From: Candidatus Daviesbacteria bacterium
Lineage (GTDB): Bacteria; Patescibacteriota; Microgenomatia; Daviesbacterales; UBA10151
Reading direction: 5' to 3'
Assembly (NCBI GenBank): GCA_016432425.1
Contig: CP066688.1
Span: forward strand, 276,368-340,367
DNA: 64,000 bases
Every line of letters starts with the position of its first letter. Within the stretch, counting starts at the first letter, position 1. A program made the translations under genes and the position numbers. Positions 31,258 to 41,346 of this stretch are shown here, piece by piece. A model generated the notes under the pieces. That model worked only from the letters and a program-made list of their open reading frames with translations, was not told the DNA's origin and made no database searches.

Positions 31258-32331
31258 TTAACCACCATTTCCTTTAAAAATCTTGGGGGTCAGCCAGCCT
31301 GGCTCAATTTCATTTTCCGACACTACTGTTTCCATACTGGGCCTCTCTTCCGGAGAAGAGTTGCCTGGCTGAGAAATGGGCGCAGAATTTACTCCCACTA
31401 CCGGAGGGTTGACAAACGGCTCATTAGTAATAGGGTTAATGTTTAAAGAGGGTGGAGCCGGAACCACCGGAGTAGGTTGCACAATAGGTTGAGGACTAAC
31501 TGGAGCAGGTTGATTGGGCATGAGGCCGCTTAAATCTAAACCACCAGTTTGTAGCTGTTGACTTAAGGCCGGTTTTTGACCACCTTTTTGCAGTAGCTGT
31601 GAAACAGCCATAAAAGTATCCGCGTTAACTTTATTACTTGTTAAATTAGCTGTACCATCAAAAATTCCTGCCAGCAGATTAGTCGCTACATCTTGATCAA
31701 TATTTAAACCCAAGGAATTTAACAATACAGCAACCATCTCTGAAATAGAGGCGGCAGAGGGATCAACTATATTAGTTTGACCAAAGTTAGCGTTTGCTTC
31801 GCTGTCAATATTGACTAAATGTACTCCGGAAAAAATTGTCTGGTTAGTATAAACTGCTCCTAAACTGTTTAAATTGGCTGCCCCCAAAACAAAAATTAAC
31901 TCCGGCCTACCACCTTGGTAACGGGGGACAATTTTGGTGGGCTGAAGCGGGCTGCTGTTGGTACGGAAAATTAGTTCCATATTGCCGGCTGTAGTATTGT
32001 AATCAATATTAGTTAGATTGGGCACTTTCCAGCCTGTTTCCGAAGTAGTATCCGGTACCGCTACCCCTTCCAGAGTCACTATCAAATCTCCCCCACCTAC
32101 TTCTGGCAAGGTTTGCTGTACTTGATCTACCCCAAAAAGATGAGCTTGGGATACCCGCATGGTATCTTCCCCCACAATAGAAATTTCATATCCTGCTTGT
32201 TTTAAGGATAAATATAAGGATAACCCAGCAGCCAGTTTATCAATATTTACTCCCACTGGCAGTGCAATGAGAATATTTTTGGCTGAAGGCAGTAAGTTTT
32301 TAATTTCACCCACTAGTCCCATAACTTGCAT
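31258..32331 (-). CDS. DHH-family (NrnA-like) protein with substituted catalytic motifs and Pro/Gln-rich tail
   Basis: VNIDSEANANFGQTNIVDPSAASISEMVAVLL...LLAGIFDGTANLTSN aligns to the DHH motif III/IV region (IDHH...FG...StsE...LyaGIltDTg), with DHH replaced by DSE. Occupies the nrnA position after infB. Confidence 0.5.
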   Translation of the reverse strand: MQVMGLVGEIKNLLPSAKNILIALPVGVNIDKLAAGLSLYLSLKQAGYEISIVGEDTMRVSQAHLFGVDQVQQTLPEVGGGDLIVTLEGVAVPDTTSETGWKVPNLTNIDYNTTAGNMELIFRTNSSPLQPTKIVPRYQGGRPELIFVLGAANLNSLGAVYTNQTIFSGVHLVNIDSEANANFGQTNIVDPSAASISEMVAVLLNSLGLNIDQDVATNLLAGIFDGTANLTSNKVNADTFMAVSQLLQKGGQKPALSQQLQTGGLDLSGLMPNQPAPVSPQPIVQPTPVVPAPPSLNINPITNEPFVNPPVVGVNSAPISQPGNSSPEERPSMETVVSENEIEPGWLTPKIFKGNGG

Positions 32332-32362
32332 GAGGGCATTTTACCTCGCAACTTCTCTAAAA

Positions 32363-33835
32363 TCAAATCACCCGGAATGATTCTACAAAATCTCCAATAT
32401 GGAAATCTACTTTTGGATCAAAAATGATGCCACAATCACTACCTTTTTCTACCCGGTTGACTTCTTCTTTAACCTTTTTTAAAGATTTAATTTTAACTTC
32501 TGCTAAAATTTGGCTATCTCTCATCACTCGTAGTTTATGTCCTTTCGCAATCGCACCCTCTAACATCCGGCAGCCGGCAATTTTTTCTGCCTTGCCAAAA
32601 GGGAACTCAGCAATAATTTCTGCCCTGCCTAAAACCTCCTCCAATTGACCCACTTTTAACATCCCCTCTACCACATCTTCTATTTCCTCAATTAATTCAT
32701 AGATTACGTTATATACTCTGACCAAAACTTGTTCCACCTCAGCCAGCTTTTCTGCTGCCGGAGCTACTTTAACATTAAAACCCACCACAATAGCCCGCAC
32801 AGAAAAGGCCAGTTTAATATCTGATTCAGAAATATCCCCCATACCGCCACTAACAATATCCACTACAGCTATTTCTTGGTTAAATTTCTCTAAAGCATCC
32901 TCAATTGCCTCCAGTGAACCCTGTTTATCTGCCTTAATAATGATTTTCAAAATTTTAACATCTCCTTGCCTTAATTTATCTACCAAACTTTGAGATCCTG
33001 AACCAAGTTCAGGATGACCGTCTAAACGTGCCTGTTTTGATATCTCTTCTCCCAACACTGCTCCCACAGCCGGCACTGCCTCCATTCCTAACACCTCCAC
33101 CGGAGTGGAGGGACCAGCGCTCTCTACCAGCTTACCGCTATAATCGAACATCCCGCGAATTTTACCTTTCACTCCTCCCACCAAAATTTGCTCACCTTTT
33201 TTCAAGGTACCGGTCCTAACTAGAATAGTGGCCACTGCCCCCCTGAACTTATCTAAACTGGATTCAATGACTACTCCTGTAGCGGGAAAATTAGGGTCAC
33301 CTTTAATTTCATTTAGTTCTGCTACTACCTCAATCATTTCCAGTAGTTTATCTATTCCTTCACCAGTTTTAGCAGATACTGGAATGAAAGGTGTATCTCC
33401 TCCGTATTCTTCAATTAAAATCTCTTGATCAGATAATTGTTTTTTAATCCGTTCCAGTTGGACTTTTAGATCAACTCCCGGTAAATCAATCTTGGTTACG
33501 GCCACTATCAAAGGAATTTTTGCTTCTTTAATATGCTTAATCGCTTCCGTGGTTTGAGGCATCACTCCATCGTCTGCTGCTATAACCAGTACTGCAATAT
33601 CAGCCACCTTTGCCCCTCTTGATCTCATCTTCTCAAAAGCAGCATGACCAGGAGTATCAATAAAAGTGATCAGCTTACCATCATGTTCTACCTGATAAGC
33701 TCCAATATGCTGGGTAATTCCGCCATGTTCTTTAGCAGCTACAGAAGATTTGCGAATATAATCTAATAGGGTAGTTTTACCATGATCAACATGGCCCAGG
33801 ATGGTTACTATTGGTGGTCGTGAATGTTGTGCCAT
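32363..33835 (-). CDS. infB: Translation initiation factor IF-2 (short, starts at G domain)
   Basis: 490 aa, PPIVTILGHVDHGKTTLLDYIR...DTPGHAAF..., C-terminal beta-barrel domains. Confidence 0.9.
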   Translation of the reverse strand: MAQHSRPPIVTILGHVDHGKTTLLDYIRKSSVAAKEHGGITQHIGAYQVEHDGKLITFIDTPGHAAFEKMRSRGAKVADIAVLVIAADDGVMPQTTEAIKHIKEAKIPLIVAVTKIDLPGVDLKVQLERIKKQLSDQEILIEEYGGDTPFIPVSAKTGEGIDKLLEMIEVVAELNEIKGDPNFPATGVVIESSLDKFRGAVATILVRTGTLKKGEQILVGGVKGKIRGMFDYSGKLVESAGPSTPVEVLGMEAVPAVGAVLGEEISKQARLDGHPELGSGSQSLVDKLRQGDVKILKIIIKADKQGSLEAIEDALEKFNQEIAVVDIVSGGMGDISESDIKLAFSVRAIVVGFNVKVAPAAEKLAEVEQVLVRVYNVIYELIEEIEDVVEGMLKVGQLEEVLGRAEIIAEFPFGKAEKIAGCRMLEGAIAKGHKLRVMRDSQILAEVKIKSLKKVKEEVNRVEKGSDCGIIFDPKVDFHIGDFVESFRVI

Positions 33836-33861
33836 AATATTTTTCTAAACCAGCTACCATA

Positions 33862-34944
33862 TTATTTAGACTTATCATCTTCATTGGTATCCTGATTTTC
33901 GTCAGACTGCGTGGTACTAATATCATCAGCTGGTTGAGCTCCGATTTGTGGCTGCTCTTTTTGCTCCGCAGTACCTGCCGGCTCCTCTGCTCCTTCAATA
34001 TCTATTTTCCAACCTGTTAACTTGGCTGCCAAACGGACATTTTGTCCTCCCTTACCAATCGCCAAAGAAAGTTGGTCATTGGGCACTTTGACTGTGGCCA
34101 CTTTTTGTTCCTCATTCAAAGTCACAGTTACATCCTTGGCCGGAGACAGTGCTGCAGCAATAAACCTGGTAGGGTCTTCTGAGAAAGACACAATGTCAAT
34201 TTTTTCTTCCCCCAACTCTGCCATCACTGCCTGCACCCGCACCCCCTTTTGTCCCACCAGAGAACCTACCGGATCCACTCCGTCCTGGGTAGATTTAGCA
34301 GCGATTTTGGTTCTATTACCCGCTTCCCGGGCAATGACCACCACTTCCACACTGCCTGATTGAATCTCCGGCACCTCCAAGGCAAAGAGCCCTTTGACTA
34401 AACCGGGGTCAGCCCGGGACACAATCACCTGGGGACCACGCCCTGAATCTTTAATTTCTTTAATATAAAATTTTAATCTTTGTCCTTGATGGTAAAGTGC
34501 ATCTGGCACTTGTTCTGAAGGGGGCATCACTCCTTCTGCCCGGCCTAAATCAATAAAATAAGTATTACCTTCTTGGCGCTGAATTGCCCCGGAGACGATT
34601 GTGCCCACTTTTTCTTCAAACTCCCCCATAATGGCTCCTTTTTCCGCTTCATTTAACTTTTGCATGATCACTTGGCGGGCAATGGAAGCGGCAATGCGGG
34701 CAAAACCTGGGGGAGTCACATTCTCCTTATCTTTTAAGATAGAAATCTCGCCGCTAGCTGGATCGACTGTGGCAGTGAATTCTTCAAAATCCTCTGGGAT
34801 TTCCTCGTTTCTTAAGGTTAAATCTTTACGGTAAGCAGCCAGAGCGGCTGAGCGGATCGCTTCCAAAACCACGGAAACGTCGACCCCTTTTTCAGAGGCA
34901 ATTTGATTTAATGCTGCAGCAAATTCTGTTCTAGCTTGTGCCAT
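33862..34944 (-). CDS. nusA: Transcription termination/antitermination factor NusA
   Basis: 360 aa with N-terminal domain, S1 and KH1/KH2 (...GKGGQNVRLAAKLTGWKIDI), and acidic C-terminal tail. Confidence 0.9.
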   Translation of the reverse strand: MAQARTEFAAALNQIASEKGVDVSVVLEAIRSAALAAYRKDLTLRNEEIPEDFEEFTATVDPASGEISILKDKENVTPPGFARIAASIARQVIMQKLNEAEKGAIMGEFEEKVGTIVSGAIQRQEGNTYFIDLGRAEGVMPPSEQVPDALYHQGQRLKFYIKEIKDSGRGPQVIVSRADPGLVKGLFALEVPEIQSGSVEVVVIAREAGNRTKIAAKSTQDGVDPVGSLVGQKGVRVQAVMAELGEEKIDIVSFSEDPTRFIAAALSPAKDVTVTLNEEQKVATVKVPNDQLSLAIGKGGQNVRLAAKLTGWKIDIEGAEEPAGTAEQKEQPQIGAQPADDISTTQSDENQDTNEDDKSK

Positions 34945-34968
34945 AGTTTACCCTTGTCAAAAATGATC

Positions 34969-35026
34969 GTTTAGATCATTTTTGCAAGCGATCTCCTTCG
35001 CAAAAAACAATTAAAATATTTTAATT
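34969..35026 (-). promoter_or_regulatory. Two perfect palindromes in the nusA leader/promoter region
   Basis: AAAAATGATC-gttta-GATCATTTTT (34969-34993, ends ~12 nt before the nusA ATG) and CAATTAAAATATTTTAATTG (35007-35026, 20-bp perfect palindrome). Confidence 0.35.
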
Positions 35027-35044
35027 GTTTTTTCCTTCAGTCCG

Positions 35045-35080
35045 ATTTAAAAAAGGCGGGACAAGCCCACCTTGGAAACC
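35045..35080 (-). terminator. Rho-independent terminator downstream of the 210-aa ORF
   Basis: On the minus strand, GGTGGGCTTGTCCCGCC (6-bp G:C/G:U stem) is followed by TTTTTTAAAT. Confidence 0.45.
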
Positions 35081-35113
35081 CTTTTCAAAATGTACCGCCC
35101 TTATTTTATTCTT

Positions 35114-35746
35114 TTAGTAATTGCAAGTCAAGCTTACAGGCAATCGGCCTGTCCTAGCTAGTCTGCGCTGCTGAGGTAATTTTCTCAATGCTGCTACTAA
35201 GGTTGGTGCTGCCAATTCCGCAGGAACACTATTTCCATAAATTTCCGTGGCAACTGTATCAATTTTAAGCTTATACCCATCTTTATACTGATGATATGAT
35301 TTACCTCTGTCTGTACTTATTAAAGTTATTTCCTTAGAAAAACGGCGTCTTCTAGGTGCTGTACAACGTTTCCTTCCTCTTCCTCGACTTTTACCTTTAG
35401 TACGACTGAGAAACTCCTTTAAATTACACCTTTTATAGACGGGATTATTTACCAGATTTTCTCTAGCCACTTCTTGGCAACATTCTTCTTCATATCTTCT
35501 CATAGATTCTTGCCCAAGCTCGTACCATTCTTCCCACTGCGGATCTATTTCTTCTTCAAAATCTGCATTTAACCCTTCTTCAGGCTCAAATCCTTCCAAG
35601 GCCAGAAGATAAGACTCATCATCCATGCTCAGTAGTGGCGGGTCATACAGATCAAATCTAACCAAATTACTGGCAGTTTGGGGCTTGGGATCAAACCTTT
35701 TTAAAACTTCTACCACCATAAAATCACTTTTACTATAAAAGGCCAA
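35114..35746 (-). CDS. Hypothetical protein (210 aa) with acidic N-terminal half and Arg-rich basic segment, in the rimP position
   Basis: Contains DPQWEEWYELGQESMRRYEEECCQEVAREN and KGKSRGRGRKRCTAPRRRRF. Has its own terminator. No recognised family, and no similarity to RimP was noticed. Confidence 0.45.
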   Translation of the reverse strand: MAFYSKSDFMVVEVLKRFDPKPQTASNLVRFDLYDPPLLSMDDESYLLALEGFEPEEGLNADFEEEIDPQWEEWYELGQESMRRYEEECCQEVARENLVNNPVYKRCNLKEFLSRTKGKSRGRGRKRCTAPRRRRFSKEITLISTDRGKSYHQYKDGYKLKIDTVATEIYGNSVPAELAAPTLVAALRKLPQQRRLARTGRLPVSLTCNY

Positions 35747-35807
35747 TTACAGCATTGTAAAGATATCAATTTCGTTCAACCTCTTTACAAGATCTGTATA
35801 ATAATTC

Positions 35808-36878
35808 TTGGGTCAAAATATGCATGAGCGAGCGCTACACCACGAACTAGGATTAGATTTATTACGAGCCACTGAAGCAGCTGCCATTGCCTCAGCCCAA
35901 ACCATGGGCCAAGGAGACCGACATTTATCAGACAGAGCCGCAGTCGAGGCCATGCGGGAAGTTTTAGATACCATTTTTATGAAGGGAGAGATCGTTATCG
36001 GAGAAGGCGAACGGGACAAAGCCCCCATGTTGTATATCGGAGAACACTTAGGATTGGGTTGGAGACTTAACACTGCTGATTTAAATGGTCTTATCTTTCC
36101 AGGAGTACATATTGCCGTTGATCCTCTGGAAGGAACTAACCTCTGCGCCCTCGGCCAACCCGGGGCCATCACCACCATTGCCGCAGCTGAACCAGGAGGG
36201 CTACTGGGAGCTCCTGATATCTATATGGAAAAGCTAATTGTGGGCCCAGCAGCCAGGGGCAAAGTAGAGCTGGAAGCTCCTGTCAAACATAATTTAGGTA
36301 TCATTGCCTCTTCTTTGGACCGCAGAATAGAGGATTTAGTAGTGGTAGTCTTAGATAGACCAAGACACACAGATTTAGTTAAAGAAATCCGAGAGACTGG
36401 AGCCCGGATTCAATTTATTTCTGACGGAGATTTATCAGCCGGGATTAACGCGGCCATGGGAGAATCAGGGGTACACGCGGTTTTAGGGATTGGCGGTGCC
36501 CCTGAAGGAGTCTTAACTGCCGCCGCCATGAAATGTCTTAATGGTGAGGTATTAACTCGATTCTTGGTCAAAGAGCAACTAGTAGATAGAGACGACCGCA
36601 ATAAAGTCCCTGCTGATGCTGCTGCCCGGTTGCGTGATATGGGGATTAAAGATCCAGCTCAAGTTTATACCACCCAAGACCTAGCTCCAGGCCAAAAAAT
36701 TACCTTTGCTGCCACCGGAGTCACTGCCAGTACTAATCCCAGATTAAACGGGGTTAGGTTTTTCTCTGGAGGGGTACGTACTTGGTCTTTGGTCATGAAT
36801 ACTGAGTTTAAACAGGTTACCTATGTAGATAGGGTACATATGGATAAAGATAACCCTAATGTGGTAGTCAGACTCTAA
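35808..36878 (+). CDS. glpX: Fructose-1,6-bisphosphatase class II (GlpX)
   Basis: 356 aa. [38 protein letters not shown] matches the GlpX N-terminus. Conserved DPLEGT and C-terminal blocks. Confidence 0.85.
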   Translation: MGQNMHERALHHELGLDLLRATEAAAIASAQTMGQGDRHLSDRAAVEAMREVLDTIFMKGEIVIGEGERDKAPMLYIGEHLGLGWRLNTADLNGLIFPGVHIAVDPLEGTNLCALGQPGAITTIAAAEPGGLLGAPDIYMEKLIVGPAARGKVELEAPVKHNLGIIASSLDRRIEDLVVVVLDRPRHTDLVKEIRETGARIQFISDGDLSAGINAAMGESGVHAVLGIGGAPEGVLTAAAMKCLNGEVLTRFLVKEQLVDRDDRNKVPADAAARLRDMGIKDPAQVYTTQDLAPGQKITFAATGVTASTNPRLNGVRFFSGGVRTWSLVMNTEFKQVTYVDRVHMDKDNPNVVVRL

Positions 36879-36885
36879 AAACTAA

Positions 36886-37839
36886 CTAAAACCAGCCTTT
36901 TTTCTTTTTACTTAAGTTATAAAGTTCTTCATAAAGCTGTTTTTCTTCTTTAGAAGGGTTTTGAGGTACGGCCAGGTTAACTCTGACAAAATGGTCTCCA
37001 TGGCCACTACCATTTATCTTGAGTATTCCCTTACCTTTTAATCTGACTAATGATCCAGGCTGGGTGCCTGGGGGGACTTTTACTTTTACTTTCCCTTGAA
37101 TGGTTTCTACCTCAAAAACATCTCCTAAAACCAGCTGGGGAATATTGACAGTAATTTCTGAGAAAATATCTGCTCCTTCCCGCAAGAATTTACTGCTTCT
37201 GCCCACATTAAAAACAATATCTAAATCCCCAAACCTCATTCTGGTACCATTATCCACTCCTGCCGGGACCTTAATTTTTAGTCTTTTGGTTTTAACTACC
37301 CCCTTAGCATCCCTTTCTTGGATGCCAATTTCTTTAGTGACCCCTTTGGCTGCTTCCTCAAAGGTAAGGTTTAGCTGATAAGTGGGGCGCCTCCTAAATC
37401 CGGCGCCAAATCCTCCCATGCCAAAAATTTGTTCAAACAGCTCAAATGGGTCCTCAAAACCTCCAAAATCAAACTGGATATTGGGATTACCACCAGAGGA
37501 TGACCAGGAATATTGCTGCCAGCCACCTCCAAATGGATTCCCGCCCTGAGCACCGCCGAAGGGTCCTCCCCCAAAAGGCCCACCAGTTCCGGCTTGCCCT
37601 GAGCGTGCCGAAGGGTCAAAGGCAGCATGGCCAAATTGGTCATAAGCTCCCTTTTTTTGAGGGTCAGACAAAACCTGGTAGGCTTCCCCTACCTCCTTAA
37701 ACCTTTCTGCAGCTCCGGCAGATTTATCTATATCAGGATGGTGTCTCCTGGCCAGCCTTCTATAAGCAGACTTTATCTCCTCAGCAGAGGCTGATTTATT
37801 AACTCCCAGAATCTCGTAGTAATCACGCTTAGCTGCCAT
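36886..37839 (-). CDS. dnaJ: DnaJ-family co-chaperone without Zn-finger (CbpA/type II-like)
   Basis: J domain DYYEILGV...HPD, G/F-rich region, two C-terminal beta-sandwich domains, no CxxCxGxG repeats. Confidence 0.8.
   Translation of the reverse strand: MAAKRDYYEILGVNKSASAEEIKSAYRRLARRHHPDIDKSAGAAERFKEVGEAYQVLSDPQKKGAYDQFGHAAFDPSARSGQAGTGGPFGGGPFGGAQGGNPFGGGWQQYSWSSSGGNPNIQFDFGGFEDPFELFEQIFGMGGFGAGFRRRPTYQLNLTFEEAAKGVTKEIGIQERDAKGVVKTKRLKIKVPAGVDNGTRMRFGDLDIVFNVGRSSKFLREGADIFSEITVNIPQLVLGDVFEVETIQGKVKVKVPPGTQPGSLVRLKGKGILKINGSGHGDHFVRVNLAVPQNPSKEEKQLYEELYNLSKKKKGWF
37604..37625. repeat. In-frame repeat copy in dnaJ (encodes DPSARSGQ), diverged
   Basis: TTGCCCTGAGCGTGCCGAAGGG matches TTGTCCTGAGCTTGTCGAAGGA at 19 of 22 positions. 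Confidence 0.35.
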
Positions 37840-37955
37840 CTTTTACTCCTTTTAAAACTACATGGACTTTACTGTGTCCTACTTTAGTAATTATATTATT
37901 CATAAAGGGAATTATAGCAGTCTATACCCAAAAGTGCTAGTTAGTTAAATTGAAG

Positions 37956-38387
37956 TTATTTTTGTTTTTCTAAAAATTCATTGATGGCTCTAACAAATTC
38001 CCTTAAATCATCTAGACCAACATTAGCAGACTCAGTTAAAATATCTAAATCTACCTCAAGATACATATGCACTAAAACATTTCTAAGTCCAACAGCTTTC
38101 CCTAACCTTTCTGATAAATCCTCAGTAATGATATTTTTTTTATCTAACAGGGGAAATAAATCCCTAGCATATTCAGGCATACCTAAATTTAAACCAGAAA
38201 CAATATGCTCCGCTATATTGATAACCATCTCAATAGCAACCTGTATACGATGTTTAGTAGCATCAGTAAATATTAAATTTTCCTCTTCATTTAAAGCCTC
38301 TCTGGTAACATGGCTATCAGCAATTATCTTAATTTCTCCCTCCAGGTAACGCAGAATATGATCAATAGTCTTTCTATTAATAGCCAT
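37956..38387 (-). CDS. hepT: HepT-family (DUF86) RNase toxin
   Basis: 143 aa with RX4HXY motif GLRNVLVHMY. Overlaps the upstream MNT gene by 11 nt. Confidence 0.8.
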   Translation of the reverse strand: MAINRKTIDHILRYLEGEIKIIADSHVTREALNEEENLIFTDATKHRIQVAIEMVINIAEHIVSGLNLGMPEYARDLFPLLDKKNIITEDLSERLGKAVGLRNVLVHMYLEVDLDILTESANVGLDDLREFVRAINEFLEKQK

Positions 38388-38799
38388 AGGTTCCTTCTCT
38401 AATTCTTTTTTTCATATAATCATAATCTATATCCCTCAGCCTTTGAGTGTCAAAAAACTCTCTCATAACAGCCACTTCAAATTCAATCCTTTTTGTCTCA
38501 TCCTCACTGTAGATATTTTCTCCTTGAATTACATTCATTAAAAATACCGGCGATTCTTTTAAACTTATCTCTCTTATCTCAGGTTCTGCTTTAAGACTCA
38601 ATTTTGGAAATTCTGAATATAATTTTCCTAATCTTCTATAAAGGTCAACTTCCCCGTTAAATAACACGGCAATATCCAGATCACTTCCTTGATGTGGAGT
38701 TCCAGAAGCAAATGAACCATATAAATAGACAACCACTACATCTTTTTGAGAGGCAAAATAATCTTGAATTTTTTCAATATCAGATTCATTTAATTTCAT
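38377..38799 (-). CDS. mntA: MntA-family minimal nucleotidyltransferase antitoxin
   Basis: 140 aa, LYGSFASGTPHQGSDLDIAV (GS...D.D NTase motif). Confidence 0.8.
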   Translation of the reverse strand: MKLNESDIEKIQDYFASQKDVVVVYLYGSFASGTPHQGSDLDIAVLFNGEVDLYRRLGKLYSEFPKLSLKAEPEIREISLKESPVFLMNVIQGENIYSEDETKRIEFEVAVMREFFDTQRLRDIDYDYMKKRIREGTYGY

Positions 38800-38933
38800 G
38801 CTTTAATTTTAACACAAAGAATTACAAATTAGTCTTCCACCATTAAAAATACACTTTTGCTACGATCGTGGGATAAATGAAAATACTTGACAAACATTTA
38901 AGAAAAACTGATACTGAAAATAGGAAATAAAAT

Positions 38934-39068
38934 CGTGGATAAGCAAACAAATAAAGATATAAGGGATATGATCACTGGAACAAAATATGGACTTTATGCT
39001 TTAATGGTTGTTGTAGTTATAGCTTTAATTATTTTCTTCTTTAAGTTGATCTCAGGTAAAATATAATT
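38934..39068 (+). CDS. Possible small TM peptide (32-44 aa)
   Basis: GTG/ATG-started ORF ...MITGTKYGLYALMVVVVIALIIFFFKLISGKI* in the 300-nt dnaK/mntA intergenic gap. No SD. Below the ORF-track size cutoff. Confidence 0.2.
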
Positions 39069-39100
39069 TAGTAGACCATTTACTGTCCATTTTTAAAGCA

Positions 39101-41053
39101 TTATTCTTCTTTTTTTCCTTGTCCTGAGCTTGTCGAAGGATCTTCTTCTATCACTTCACCTTCAACAGCCTCACTTTTGTCTTCCGACTTCTGACTTCCG
39201 TCTTCCGCAGCTTCGCCAGCTGGTTGTTCTGCTGTACCCTGTCCACTGTCGCCTGTACCCTTATTCTCATACATTGCAGAGCCTACTTTTTGTAATACCT
39301 CACCTAACGCATCACCTTTTTTCTTAATGTCATCTGTATCTTCACCCTTAAGCGCTTCTTTAAGCTCGTTTAGCTTTTGCTCAACTTCAGTTCTAACTTC
39401 AGCAGAGACCTTATCTCCATTCTCTTTCAAAGTTTTTTCTGTTTGATAAACTAAACTGTCTGCAATATTTCTGGTTTCAATTCCTTCTTTTTTCTTTTTA
39501 TCTTCTTCTGCATTAGCCTCGGCCTCTTTGGTCATCTTTTCCACTTCAGCTTTATCAAGTCCTGTGGAACCTGTGATAGTGATATTTTGTTTTTTGCCGG
39601 TGGTTTTATCATGAGCTGTGACATTTAAAATTCCATTAGCATCAATATCAAAAGTTACCTCCACTTGCGGCACGCCTCTTGGGGCTGGTGGAATTCCATC
39701 TAAGGTAAACCTGCCCAAAGATTTATTATCAGCTGCCATTTCCCTCTCTCCTTGCAGCACATTAATCTCCACAGAGGTTTGATTATCTGCAGCTGTTGAG
39801 AACACTTCAGATTTAGAAGAAGGAATAGTGGTGTTTCTGTTTATTAAAGGAGTTCGGACACCACCCAAAGTTTCAATACCCAAAGTTAAAGGAGTCACAT
39901 CCAAAAGCAGCACATCTTTAACTTCCCCACCCAAAACTCCTCCCTGAATAGCAGCTCCCACAGCCACCACTTCATCCGGATTTATACCTTTATGCGGCTC
40001 TTTACCAAAGAAATCCTGGACTGCTTTTTGAACAGATGGCATTCTGGTCATTCCTCCAACCAAAACTACCTCATCAACATCTTTAGATTCCAGCTTGGCA
40101 TCTTTCATGGCAGATTTTACAGCATCAAAGGATTTATCAATTAACGGCTTAACCATTACTTCAAGCTTGGCCCGGGAGAGTTTCATTTCCAAATGCTTTG
40201 GACCGGAATCGCTGGCAGTTACAAATGGAATACTAATTTCTGCCTCCATTGAAGAAGAAAGCTCAATTTTGGCTTTTTCAGCTGCATCCCGCAGCCTTTG
40301 CAAAGCCTGTTTATCACCCTTAAGATCAATCCCTTCAGTCTTTTTAAACTCATCTGCCAGCCAGTCTAAAATTATCTGGTCAAAATCATCTCCACCTAAA
40401 TGAGTATCACCGTTGGTGCTTTTTACCTCAATTACCCCATCACCCAGCTCCAAAATGGAGATATCAAAAGTGCCTCCTCCTAAATCATAGACAGCAATGG
40501 TATGGGCATGGGATTTATCCAGACCATAAGCTAAGGCTGCAGCTGTTGGTTCATTAATAATTCTCTGCACATTCAGCCCGGCAATTTCCCCGGCCTGTTT
40601 GGTGGCCTGCCTCCCTGCATCATCAAAATAGGCAGGCACAGTAATCACCGCATCTGTCACTTTTTCCCCTAAGTAAGATTCAACATCAGCTTTAATTTTT
40701 TGTAAAATTTGGGCAGAAATTTCCTGGGGGGTATAGTCGTGGCCTTCTACCTCCACCACAGCCATGTTATTTTTACCGGACTTGATGGTGTAGGGCAGCC
40801 ACTCTTTATCTCTTTTGACTTCCGGGTCATCAAATTTTCTACCCATTAGCCTTTTAATAGAGAAGATAGTTTCCTGAGGGTTTACCACAGCCTGCCTTTT
40901 AGCCACCCTGCCCACCACATTTTTCAGGGGATTAACCACCGAGGGGATAATATTTTCCCCCTCGTGAGAGTGGACCACTTTGGGCTTTCCGCCCTCCATC
41001 ACTGCCACAGCAGAATTAGTTGTACCTAAATCAATTCCCACTATCTTACTCAT
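39101..41053 (-). CDS. dnaK: Chaperone DnaK (Hsp70)
   Basis: 650 aa with [16 protein letters not shown] and the full Hsp70 architecture. The C-terminal tail contains [15 protein letters not shown]. Confidence 0.97.
   Translation of the reverse strand: MSKIVGIDLGTTNSAVAVMEGGKPKVVHSHEGENIIPSVVNPLKNVVGRVAKRQAVVNPQETIFSIKRLMGRKFDDPEVKRDKEWLPYTIKSGKNNMAVVEVEGHDYTPQEISAQILQKIKADVESYLGEKVTDAVITVPAYFDDAGRQATKQAGEIAGLNVQRIINEPTAAALAYGLDKSHAHTIAVYDLGGGTFDISILELGDGVIEVKSTNGDTHLGGDDFDQIILDWLADEFKKTEGIDLKGDKQALQRLRDAAEKAKIELSSSMEAEISIPFVTASDSGPKHLEMKLSRAKLEVMVKPLIDKSFDAVKSAMKDAKLESKDVDEVVLVGGMTRMPSVQKAVQDFFGKEPHKGINPDEVVAVGAAIQGGVLGGEVKDVLLLDVTPLTLGIETLGGVRTPLINRNTTIPSSKSEVFSTAADNQTSVEINVLQGEREMAADNKSLGRFTLDGIPPAPRGVPQVEVTFDIDANGILNVTAHDKTTGKKQNITITGSTGLDKAEVEKMTKEAEANAEEDKKKKEGIETRNIADSLVYQTEKTLKENGDKVSAEVRTEVEQKLNELKEALKGEDTDDIKKKGDALGEVLQKVGSAMYENKGTGDSGQGTAEQPAGEAAEDGSQKSEDKSEAVEGEVIEEDPSTSSGQGKKEE
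39119..39140. repeat. In-frame repeat copy at the dnaK 3' end (encodes PSTSSGQ)
   Basis: TTGTCCTGAGCTTGTCGAAGGA is identical to the grpE copy at 41584-41605. Confidence 0.45.
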
Positions 41054-41055
41054 AA

Positions 41056-41334
41056 TTATGCTCCATATAATCTCATTAAAACCCTTGCTAAATCTGTCTT
41101 ACCCTGCAAAAAAAGCAGTTCCGCATACGCTGTAACATAAGGCTCAAGGTGCCTCATATTTGAATTCTCTTTTAGCTGCACATCTGAAAATCTTAAAAAT
41201 TCCCCCAACAAATGATGGTTCTTCTCCATAACTCCTTCTAAATGCTTAAAAACTCCAGATGGGTCATTGTTTACCTTATCATACCCACCAACACTAACTA
41301 AATATCTTCCTGGTGCTACTTTAACTTCTACCAT
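41056..41334 (-). CDS. Hypothetical protein (92 aa) between grpE and dnaK
   Basis: Fills the grpE-dnaK gap with 2-12-nt spacings. No recognised motif. Confidence 0.4.
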   Translation of the reverse strand: MVEVKVAPGRYLVSVGGYDKVNNDPSGVFKHLEGVMEKNHHLLGEFLRFSDVQLKENSNMRHLEPYVTAYAELLFLQGKTDLARVLMRLYGA

Positions 41335-41346
41335 ATTTTTCTCCTT

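Noticed and set aside
33786-33998. 70-aa ORF bridging the nusA end and infB start
   Set aside because: Out of frame with both genes and it overlaps them, so spurious.
35813-36178. 121-aa minus-strand ORF inside glpX
   Set aside because: Antisense to a well-conserved GlpX coding region.
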